From: Trichoplax adhaerens
Lineage: Eukaryota; Animalia; Placozoa
DNA: 64,000 nt
Assembly (NCBI RefSeq): GCF_000150275.1
Contig: NW_002060951.1
Span: 638,328-702,327, forward strand
Direction of reading: 5' to 3'
Below the pieces are notes generated by a model, which was given only the letters and a program-made list of their open reading frames with translations, made no database searches and had not been told where the DNA came from. This document shows, one piece after another, positions 52,231 through 64,000 of this stretch; position 1 is the first letter of the stretch, and each line of letters starts with the position of its first letter. Position numbers and translations under genes: made by a program.

Positions 52231-55069
52231 ATTATACAGCCATTTTACGCGTACTTCTAGTTATTGGGTTCTTTATTGAATAGATAAAAACGCTTCGGAA
52301 TATTGACGTGTGGTAGTTATGCTTCTGATATTGAAAGCGATGTACATGTTAGTCTAACCGGACTGGTTTGTTGAATTGGTATTCGATATCATATATACTT
52401 ATCATTAAGTGAGACAAGAGTTTAGCTTAACTTTTACAAACCCAAAGATACATGGAGTTAACAGTTTACAATATTAAAACTGCTTGACGAAGATATTAAT
52501 GAAGTTAATTTGACTTTCATTAAAGCGTATTGAATTTTCCGTAATTAATACAACCTTAAATATATAACGCAGATGATTAACAAGTAACTCTTTTACAGTA
52601 AGTTACTGATAAAAAAGCGCTATTAAAACCATTATTAATTGCTGGTATTTGATCATTTTTGATTGTATAAAACATTTTTGCTCAAGTATTAATTTTAATA
52701 AATGTTTAAAATACAATTATAGCAGTATTCATCTTCCGTCAGAGCATTTGATGCCGAAAAATTAGGAAAAATACCGGTACTAGGTCATATTCTAGCTTTA
52801 TTATAGCGACAAAACAGTCAATGCATAACCTTCGTAATATTTCACTATCATCAAAGATTAATAATCATCGCACATTCTCATGGTAGTCTGTAAATGATAA
52901 ATGACGTCAAAAGTAAACTGATAGCCTCGTATTGTAATTCTTAAAACAAATAAGATCACAAAATTGTTATAATTTACACTTTTATATATCAGCCAGTAAA
53001 ATATATACCATGATAACGGACACTTGGACAGTCTACATTTATTTTTTCAATCGTTTCTCGCAATACTCTAGAAACAATTGAAATAATAATATTTTTGGTA
53101 TTTCGATAAATAAAACCTTAATTTTAATTATCACAAAAATTTTTTAAATTATGAATAAATTAAAATTAATTAATTTTGAGGGCTATCTATTACGCATATA
53201 AAATTCTTATTAGTAGGCTTTCATCACCAACGTTCTAATTACCCTTACGAGTCTTTCGTTGGTCATCGTATTTGAGAATCTAAACGTTACATGGAAAGCA
53301 CAAGATTCAACACAATTCGAACATTGTATACTTAGCAGTAGTGCAAATGTATGGGTAAATTTTTATTTACTTTTAGTGCTTACCATTGCAGCTGAGGTTA
53401 CGTGAGCTAGCTTAATAGTACAAATAATAACTGAAAACATCAATTGATATGTATTGTACAGAGCTAACACAAAACTATCAATTCACATAGTTAAGGTACA
53501 TATTTAGTATGTGCATCACAAACATAAGAACCGGTTGTATCTATTCATTTTCATGAAATTTTAATTGATTTACCATTTCAAATATGCCGCAAAGAGTTTC
53601 TATGAGTTTCTATTTACATATGCGACAAAATAATATATTTATAGCATATACCGTACTTTGAAAAAGAGAATTGAATAACTAATATATAAAATGTGGTAAG
53701 CGATATTGGCTAGGTTAAAATTAGCGATTCGATTTTCGTCCTCAAATGCGAGCTTATATAAATGCTCTCCTGGAGATTGTTGGTAGAAAATGGCATTTAG
53801 TTTGAACAGGATTACTTTACAGTGCACTGGCATCATAAACACTTCGCATGAGAATAGTAAGATGAACTGGTAGTTATGGCTACGATTGGCATAAATTGGC
53901 AGACTCAGTAACTTTGGAATCTACGTAAATAAGTAACAGTATATACTTTAGCAATGATTTTTAAATGAAATTAAAATCCTATTTTTTCTAAAACAATGAA
54001 AAAGTATAATAAGGAAGTAAATAGGATATAATAAAATTTATTTTTTAATATATTAAAGGGTGATTCTCTGTCATCTGAATTAATCTCTAAGACGACAGCA
54101 AATTATTTAAAATATTAGAAAATTGATGAACTTGTTATTATAATGCATCAAAGTATTCATTCTATGGATGATTGGTTTCTTACATGTTTATCTTAATCGA
54201 GTTTAGTAATTTATATTCTATCATATAAAATAGTTACGTTGCCAAGCTTAATCAATCTCTTTTGTACTATATATGTATTGCGGAATAAATTCACTACGTC
54301 TATTATTAGACTATCCAAAGAATCGGATATATAAAGAACATTAATTCACTTCTATTCATTCTCTGGTAATTTTACTTCATCTTTTCAACTAACACTTTTT
54401 ATTTGTATCGCTTGTATTCTACTGTAGGCTTAAGCCATTATCATCCATGACAATGCAATGCAGGCGTCGAGTATAATAATACTAAAGCAATATGAAGATT
54501 TAATTAATATTAAAATAGGCAAGTGTACCTTATGTACGTATTTGAAATCATTTATCTGTTTGTCTATTATCAAGTCACATAGAAATTCGTTACTATTCGA
54601 TATAATTCAGCAATTCCCTCTATAGTTTATGATAGCAGTTCTATTTATCACTCCTCAGATATTCAACAGTGATAAAACTTGAAAACTAAAGTAACTGATT
54701 ACATGTATTTGCTACTGGAGAAACGAAGAAGGTTTTAAAAGGTAAGCTAATATTAGATTACGTAAATAGAGATGGGTTAGGTCATCCAATCAACTGTTAT
54801 CACTACAATTATCAGGTACAGCTTTTAATGTAAAGAACTATACAATGGTCCTGATGTTTCTTATAAAGTTTGTAAAATTTGCTGAATCAAGCAAAAGTAA
54901 ATGTGACTGTAGAGAATAAGTTAGATCTAAATACGCTTTGCTTAGCATAAATTAATTTAAGATATTCATGAATTTTTCACGTTGATAAATATAATGCAGC
55001 TCCTTACTGTATTATATTACAACAGTAAACATAAGGAACATTTTTATCAGGTTATCTTCCGGTGAAAAG

Positions 55070-55555
55070 TGTGATGGAGGGTTCGATATCTCAGAGGATT
55101 GAGATTTAGTCGCCATTTACAATTATTACAACAAAGGGTTTATAAAAGTTATGCTTTATTGTAGGTTAGTAATGTGAAGTACTGTGAGGTAGTTACGGTA
55201 GATCAGCGTGCAAGCTGTCGTGAGTAACGAGTAGAAGTATTAGACTGTGAGAGACTAACTAGAAGACTAACTGAGAGGCTAATGAACTCTGAGGTAGAAA
55301 TTGCCGGTATTTATAGTTTTAAAGATAGAGCACATGCAGAGAATAGGATTGTGGAATTAGATACAACATATACCATAACAGGTTACAAAATAGCAGATGA
55401 TTGTAGAAAACAGCGAGTACTGTAATAACTAAATACAGTAGTCTATATATGAATGTAGAGTAAGCGGACTGTAGATCTGTCTAAATATAAGAGCAATACA
55501 ACATGTCTGTATTTAAGAGTAGAATATAGTTACAGTATATTCTAAATACACTACA
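55070..55555 (-). mobile_element. Solo LTR, 486 bp, TSD AAAAG
   Basis: Minus-strand termini TGTAGTG...CATCACA. AAAAG at 55065-55069 and 55556-55560. Minus-strand TATAAATA at ~55310 followed by AATAAA at ~55157. Confidence 0.8.
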
Positions 55556-57900
55556 AAAAGAATGTAACAAATAATGATTTTAATGCAACTGTCATTAATA
55601 GATAAGGCACATAATATTTATTTTCTAATTTTTTGCCACAGTATTGGTTAGAATCATTTAGGAAATAAATTCTACAAATATTTATACAATCAAGGTTTTG
55701 TTATGTAAAATTAGAGCATCGCCACTTATATATTAATTCTCGGCAGCAAAATTTTGATATCGAAGTTTATCTAGTTTAAATTAATAATGTGTTCTATAAG
55801 AGAATAATCATTGATGCAGTGGATTGAATGATCAGAAAACTAATTCCTTTATCGGGATATAAATTAAAGTATAATGGTAGCGCCGTTATTAAATTAGCAG
55901 GAATCTACGGTAAGTTTTGGTAATAAAGTAATACTTACACAAATTTTAATAAGGCAATTTAGCTTGATCAACGACTTACCTTCCTTACTAAAGCATAATC
56001 TTTCGTCCTTTTAGTAACGTCCAGTAAAAACTTTAATATTAGGATTGTTATATTGAAAGATGGTCAACTCTGGTGTACGTTAAATAAATACATAGCATCC
56101 AAACACTCTGACGAAATATTTTGCTACACTATAAAGCAAATACATCTACTTTATATTATCCAGATGAAATAATCTTGCAGAAACCGCAAAAAAACTGGCA
56201 ATAGTTTGACTTGATGAATAAATTTCACATTCTAGTCTCTAAAGTCAATATCAAAAGCAAAATTGCCTCGTAACTATTAATGCCAACTTTAGCTTCAACT
56301 TGCTGTAGGAATAGATAGAACTACTACAATTTATAAAATTTACTAGTAAATATCACCATTAAAATAGATTAATGTAACGATAGCTCAAGAGCCTGATAGC
56401 CAAAGTTAGGGCTTCCTTGTAGAATTAAATATTGTAACAATTGTAGTTTTCATTTCCAAGTTGAAATTAAAATCCACTTCGAGAAATAGATTATTTTCAC
56501 TATCCAAATAAAGCAAATGTTATTAACCGATTTGGATATGATATAACATGAGTCAAGACTACAAAGACATCATAATATACTAGTTCAATAACCTGTCACA
56601 TTGCTGACGGATTGTGACTCTTACCGTTTTTCATATCACTCTTGTAAATATGTGAGAGTATTGTAATTGTTGACATCACACAATTTATCCGCTTATGATT
56701 TTATCGCTTGGAATATAGTGCCGGAATTATCCTAATCCTTTTTCCGTATTTTATTTTACTGCTAGACATTATATCACCATTTATAATTCTATCTATTAAG
56801 TCGATTACTCGAACAAACATGCTGTATTTCGGTACTCTAATGAGTTATATCATATTATACATATTTCAATTTCAACTTTAGAATATTGACGTACTTTCCT
56901 TCTGTAAGAGACAATATTTTCGTCAATATATTGCTATCCTTATATCTAGTAATACAGTTAAGATCTAAATCTAGCGAACTCTTCCAGTTAGTTATTTACG
57001 TTTTTTTCATAAAGTTCTGAAGTGATAAGAAATCAGTTTGTCATTGGGTTAGCAACAATGTTTTTATTTCCCCTAGCGATGAAAACAGATATTATTTATG
57101 ACTGTTAGGTAACAAAGCATGTTTTGATCATCAACTGTGGTAGTTAATTCAAAATATTGTTATTATGATACGAAACGTATACAGATATAAACACTTAAAG
57201 AAATTTTTTAGTTAAAAGAATATAGGTTCATAGGGTGTAATAAGTTTGAACTACTCTTATTACTCCTACTTATTGCTACTTCTGGCACCTCCATGGGCAG
57301 CGATGCAAATAAAATTATTTATTTTTTTAATTTGGAGAAGTAATTGTCTATTTTGCCTTGTGATGCCACATCCGACGCAGATTATAAAACTTTACTCCTT
57401 ACTTATAATTAGATTTTCCTAACACAATGAAACTGTTTATATTCCAGCGATCTTAAGATATCTATCTTATTTTTTTAAAGAATTTAATATTCTTATCTGG
57501 CAAAAACTCAGATATGTCGGCACAGCTGCTTACAACAATTAATAACTTTAGATCTTTACATTTTCTACATTAGTTGGTATGATAGCATAACTTCTACAAT
57601 AAGTATGAAACAAGATGGTCTTAAGCTCAAAACATGACTGCGTTGCTATTTGATTTTATTTCGAATTTTTTCATTTCTTTACAAGAAATAAATAATTCGT
57701 ATGTGATCTACATGCAGTATAGAGCCAAAATAATTACATATGATATGAAGTTGAAACTAATGCAGTATAATTAATTTCACTTGTCAATTTTGACTTATCG
57801 CATACCCGTAGCGCTTACTGTATAAATAGTATGATTCTTGATGCCTAAATCTAGGATTTTAAAATGTTATATTCAGACCGTCAATATGAAGAATTTCGGC

Positions 57901-57968
57901 AATTTGCATAATGCCTAGTCAATTTGCAAAATTCCTACTCGGTTTGCATAATGTCTAGTTAATTTACA
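57901..57968. repeat. 20-bp minisatellite, ~3.4 copies
   Basis: AATTTGCATAATGCCTAGTC / AATTTGCAAAATTCCTACTC / GGTTTGCATAATGTCTAGTT / AATTTACA. Confidence 0.8.
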
Positions 57969-60900
57969 ATAAGGCAATATCATACCTTATATGCTTTAAA
58001 ATTATCAAGTATTAGGTCTTATAGAATTTATCTCAAGTAGTTGCACGAAAATAGAGTTGCAGTGAATTTATTAATGGTTTAAATTCTCGGGAATGTTGAT
58101 ACACTAAACAGTCCAGGATTGCAAGCGACTAAGGCGTACATGTAGTACATGCACTAATGGGAAAACTATTGACTGTAGGATAAATTTGGATGAGGTAATG
58201 AATGAATACTGTGGCATTTATATAGCATCCCCTAGCGCGCAATTTGATAATTCTATTCACGACGAAGACATACAAGTATTGCTACGTTTAGTCTAAAAGT
58301 CAAGATTTTAATGCTATCAAAAATTACAAAATGCCAACACACGGATATGTTTAGTACATATTCTTGATAAATTTTCTAATTAACTTTTACTTGACTTCAT
58401 TATCCCATTTTTCTATTAATATAATGACTATTAAAATCAACTACTAAAATTGATAACATCCTAAACGATTGTTTTCTACAATCTTATATCTTTGCATAGA
58501 TATTATTTTTCATAATAATATAATTCACTTCCAAATACTTATTAGTAAATTGAAGCACTTAATAGTAAGGAAATTGTCACACTGATGAAAGTAAAATAAA
58601 AGTCAAAACTGTCTAAGTTTATCCTCGATATCAATATAACCATAGTTCTTTCTGTTATCTTTTTGAATTAATACTTCAGTTACAGTAATACTACTTCAAT
58701 AATGAAAATTTAATTTATAGCGTTGATAGAAATGTCGAAACAAAAATAGCCACAATAGAAATGACGTCCTAAAGCTTGGATACCTCAATATTGGTGATTT
58801 ATAATGCTAAATAATTAAATGCAAGTTGCTTTCACGGTACTGTATATCCCATCCCACATTCGGTATTTTAACGATCACTATTACAATATCATCAGACAGA
58901 CTTATACCCATCAATCCGGTCACTATTGATATAGCTGTTCTTCATTCTTTTCAATAATAATTGATTTATAATCTGCTTTCTGTTTAAGTTCCATCTAAAG
59001 AGTTCTGTTACGTCATTGATGTCGAGAATAGATTACAGAAATTGCTAACAATACAAGGAAATATCAATATTAGTTTAATTATGATGATAAAAGTTGCATC
59101 AAAAGAATAAGTTCTCAAGCTATTAAGCTAATATGTAAATTGGTATTAATTCTCTCGATCCTGCACGTTGAATTAAATACGCTATCTACGTCTTCTTTAG
59201 ATCATCTCTCAGTTAAAGAGATAAAATTTGATGTCTTTTACACTCTCAATTACCATTGGCCATACAAAATTATTAAGGTAAGATAATATTAACTAATACT
59301 GATTTAAACGAGAAGTTAAATCATGTCTTATTTCAATTAGCCAAGAATCATTATCAGCGCGGTATGCGGTTATAAGTTTTTACGTTTTAATTTTCATCAA
59401 TCCTCTATTAGCTTACGAAATTAAGTTATTTAAGAATCTTTAAAGCAGCTTCAATCTCGTACATAGAAAATCCTCCAGTACTCATAAAATTAACGTAATT
59501 TAATCAATATCTGTGCCATTATATGTATAGAGGAGAAATTCGAAGCTTATCAAAGCCATCTTCATGCACTTTTAAAGTACTCAAATGGGATAATCTAATT
59601 ACATTCGCAATAAAAATATAATTTAAATTTAGGTATCAGTAGATAAAAAATCACGTCAATTAGCTAACAATGTTTGACGTAAAAAAATTAATATTTGTGA
59701 GCGTTTTTCTCATCAATAACTGGAGCGGTACTAATGTAGCTTTAACGCCTACGGCACTATGTAGTGCTCTGTGACAGTGCCAGAAGTAATCATTATCTAG
59801 CACTGAAGATTATAATAATATTTACAACATTTCTTAGATATAATTTCAAGATAAACCCATGAGTTTACGGTAGAAATTTTGATTACCCTTTAAATATCCT
59901 GATTATCTACCTTGCTCTCGTACGTATCAGATTAAGAGGTTCTTATAAATTTTATTCATTAACACAGATAATAGTATAATAGCTACAGTACTCGATATCT
60001 ATCTTCTGATTTTTAAAAGTTTCAGTGTCAACATCAAATATTTAAGATTCACAAAATTATCGGCGGTAATTAAAGCTAATATGGCACACTGTTGGGTAAA
60101 AATTGATGACATCAAGAAAGAGCACTTATGATCTACGTACGTTCATAATCAAATTATCCAAGCACCTGCAATATTTGTAAAGTAGAAATTATTAAGTTCT
60201 GAATTCGAGACACTTAGACTAACACAGCAGTAATTATTAATAATTAGGGAGTACCACTTAAGACGTGAAAGTACATTAAGGTTGCTTCTACTGGATACCG
60301 TTAACTGTGTAAATATCTTATTCTATAGATTTCGATGGTACATTAAAACGGTATTATCAGTAAACAAAGTCGCTGTATACTGGTACTAGGTAGTCAGTTA
60401 GAACGAACACTAATCTAGTAGAAAGGGGTTTGACGTTTTTAAACCGCACCTGTCGAATATTCTACCTTCGATAATATTACTTTATTTCCGAAGTATTATC
60501 TTGCAAGGTAAAACTAAAAGTTCATTTCTAGATTTTAACCACACCTTCTTTCTGTAGTGTTATTTTAAATTGAAAAATACAGTCCTCTAATATCATTTTT
60601 ATTGAAATTGTACATATCTTCAGAAAAATGATTCAATTTATTTTCTGATTAATATTCAAAATTTAATGGGGTCGAATATGAAAGATTAGCTATCAAATAC
60701 TAGTTACTGGTGAAAGTTATTACGAAATAACAATCGCGCCTTTCATCTGGAATTAAATAAATTATTCCTTCAGGCTCGTATTCTCAGAATAACAAAATTT
60801 TCGGATATCTTGTATAAATCTATTTACACCTATTGCGCCATTACGCAAAGTTAATATAGAAACTCTTCACATCCGGTAGAAATTGAAAAGTAGTTCCCTT

Positions 60901-61369
60901 GAATTTATTATGATCGTTCTACACCCAATTCTTTTTTATGCATTAGAATACAATATAGCTCTATCAAGCAAAAACAATATTTTGAATACGCTTATTTATA
61001 GATTGTAGGCTAACTAGAGAGTAGACTCATTTATGAACAATTTATTTCTATACTAATAGATTAAAAACATATAAAAGCATATATCAGTTAAATTTTTGTG
61101 AGGTTAACAATTTTACGAATATAATGTCAATATATATCTTGCACTACAATTAGTCACCGGTAGGACAAAAGAAGATAAATGACCAAAAAAATTTGTTCAT
61201 ACAGGAAAACTAATATTAATAATGAATTTTATCTCTCCATAATGACCATATTTAGACTAACATTAAGATTTTGCTCATTATGCAATGCATAAGTGTGTCA
61301 CTTATCTATCAACGCTGCATCTAATATTATAGCATGCGCAGTACAATATAAAGTTATTGTGGCTCTTAA

Positions 61370-61777
61370 CCCTAAATCGCTCTATCTTTTGAGTCCTGTA
61401 TCAAATATTATGTCTTCTAAGAACATATTGACAGCATTATCCAACATTATATATCTTCTCTTTGCTGAATAATAACATTATAAATAAATAGTTCGTTATT
61501 TGAAACTGAAAGCAAAATTTCTGAAAAATATTACAAATTGTATTGATAGAGTTATAAAAGACAACAATAAGTATCTACTTTGAAAAAGTGCATTATTAAT
61601 GACTATAATGAGTTTGAAGAATAACCTAATATCGGCTAAAATTTTATGATGTATTGTAGACAAACAGAAAATTCTAAAACGATATACTAGTGAGTGTTAC
61701 AGGAAAAATTTATACAAATTATCAGTCTTAAATATTTAATCCCTTATTGTCCTATATTTACGTCGTCTAATTTAGGG
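61370..61777. mobile_element. Possible old piggyBac-type non-autonomous element
   Basis: TTAA|CCCTAAAT ... ATTTAGGG|ATAA: 8-bp inverted termini starting CCC, with a TTAA-like TSD carrying one mismatch. Confidence 0.3.
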
Positions 61778-64000
61778 ATAAAGTGGTTAGTCATTTCAGT
61801 ATTAAAAATTTGACTATTACTATAACACGCTGATATTTGAAAATTAAAAACTATATAATTTATTCTTGTAATAGCAAAATCTTTTTTCATTGTTATACTT
61901 GAAGCCTAAACCGTTATATTGTAGCTTGATCAGAGTGTTTTACTTTCGTTACTATATATGCATATATTACCCATATCTTGATTAAATCATCGAGTATCTT
62001 AAAGTTTGTGTAATACACTGGAATTTAAAGTATTTTAAATTGACTGGAATCGAAAATTTAATTGCAGCAAATTGAATTAAAACATTTGTTAGAAAATATT
62101 TTTTTCATCCCGAAATAAACTATATTACTTTCATCATTATTACTCACTATTTCCTTATAAATCTGGAACGTACTATTGTTACAAGCACAATAGGCATTAT
62201 ATTTAATAGAGCATATCTAATAGAATATCGATTCATATTGTTCCAGCACAGTGTACAGTTCCTATTTGGTATATCAGCTGGCACATTCAATAAGTCTAAA
62301 TTAATTAAAATTTTTAATCCGTCAATTTTTCTATAGATTAAACTGTATCATACCAGGTGCTTAAGAATTAAAGATAAGATAACAGATCAATTACTATCGA
62401 ATGTTGATATTGTTTATATTCGATTACTTTTAAGTTTATTAAATGGGCCTAATATAGCACCACTTTTAAATAATTTCAGATCAATACATCTAAGTATCAT
62501 ATTCGTTTTACATAAATACAACGAAATAATTTTTTACTACAGCTTGAGTAATCGTATCATTTGCGACATTTTTAATTCAAGAATTGTAGTATGTCTAATA
62601 CAGGTTTCAAAGATAAAGTCATTTCAATGATTAATAGATTAATCAAAGGCGATTTGTTTGAACCTATTACTGTCACTCTCAGAGCTTACTTGTTTGATAT
62701 ATACACTTAGGTGGCATGATCGAGAAATTGAGTTTACGGCAGTATTCTACTTTACCACTCAACTTCGATTTGTAACCTTTTAATTATTCTATAAAGCTAT
62801 TATGTTCGTAATAAATTTACTTTTATACTTCATTTTTACCATGAACTATGACATAATACAGTAACTCTTCTTTCAAATTTGTCTTTAGCCTTTATTGTCA
62901 CAATATTGGCTAGGTAGTAAGCGTCACAAATAAAGTAAACTCATCTGCAACAGGATCATGTTTTATTAAAATTACATTTACTTACTCCATCGTCTTAATA
63001 AAGGTTCATTTTAAATGCTGTAAAAAATATAACTAGTTATTGTGAAAATCTATTATGGTAATTGGATCTAAGAGTAATAGATAGTATTTAAATTTTAATT
63101 TCTCCTTTACTCTATTACCATGTACTATAACTATGTTTATTTTAATATTAATATTATGGAATAGACTAAACAATAAGTTATCAATAAGAAATGATTGCTC
63201 TCAGACATATTATCGAGTTCTGTGATGGACATTTGTAAGCCAACAGAATAGATGATAATAGTGACTTATCATAAAACTCATACACACATTATCCGCTCGC
63301 TACATCTACTCAACTTAAATTAGCAGATGCACAATTTCAGTTTTAAAAGCAACAATAGTTTATCTAAAAACTTATGAAACATATGAAAAATAATGGTAAC
63401 CCTAACTTAATAACGCTAATGGGAAACGTTGTACCCAAACGAAAAGATGTATCCAATAATTTGGATAAATTATTGAATAAGTGTTATTACGTTGTTATAT
63501 TCTACTTTTCATACCTAGCTATACGCAAAAGAATTTATGGTTAAAGCCATATATATCATAATCTAGGCTTGTCTTAATTACGTACACTAAAATATTTAAT
63601 GATTACCATAAAGATGTAAATATAACTATCAAGATAATAAAAAATTTTGTCATTTTAGACCTTCCAGAAATAAACTTGCGAAAACAGATAAAGAAATGCT
63701 CTTGTTATTGTCATTTACGATAGCTCTGATTAAAATTAACTTCCTCTATTGAGGTATAAGTATACACGATATAGATAGATCATATTAACTCCGAAATATT
63801 GATGCTAAAGATTATGTATAAAAAATTAATCAATAATCCTTCTGAAAGCATTTCCGAAGCTATAATTAAAATTTAATACCTTGCAGCTGCCGATTATAGT
63901 TGAAAACAATATTCTAAGAAGCACTTTATATTATCATTTCCATTAACTACTGAAAAATTTACCTGAAATACAGAATTTAGGGGTTCCTCTATAAAGAGGA

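Noticed and set aside
63397-63420. Telomere-like TAACCCTAAC
   Set aside because: Fewer than two perfect units, so not an interstitial telomeric array.

Overview
AT-rich (about 70% by eye) eukaryotic genomic DNA, most likely from an animal. Short GT-AG introns and intronless peptide-type GPCR paralogues fit an early-branching invertebrate such as a placozoan, but the taxon is an inference. Three host genes are supported. Two are intronless minus-strand class A GPCR paralogues (11221-12387, 26583-27686) that share loss of N1.50, D2.50, DRY and NPxxY. The third lies between them: a 14-coding-exon kynurenine aminotransferase (KYAT1/KYAT3 family, about 420 aa, 19564-22709, +) that the ORF track misses. 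The non-coding DNA holds many LTR-retrotransposon remnants: at least six solo LTRs with 5-bp target-site duplications (two are ~95% identical inverted copies bracketing GPCR1), LTRs that appear to swap 5' and 3' halves, and a decayed Ty3/Gypsy element whose RNase H runs straight into the PPT/3' LTR (Gmr1-like domain order). Also present are a 3-copy tandem foldback array upstream of the aminotransferase, small hairpin elements, and an apparent excess of TACAGTA/TACTGTA (Tc1/mariner footprint-like). No host gene was recognised in 1-11.2 kb or 27.7-64 kb, though short exons could be missed. I found nothing I can confidently call a wholly new system.
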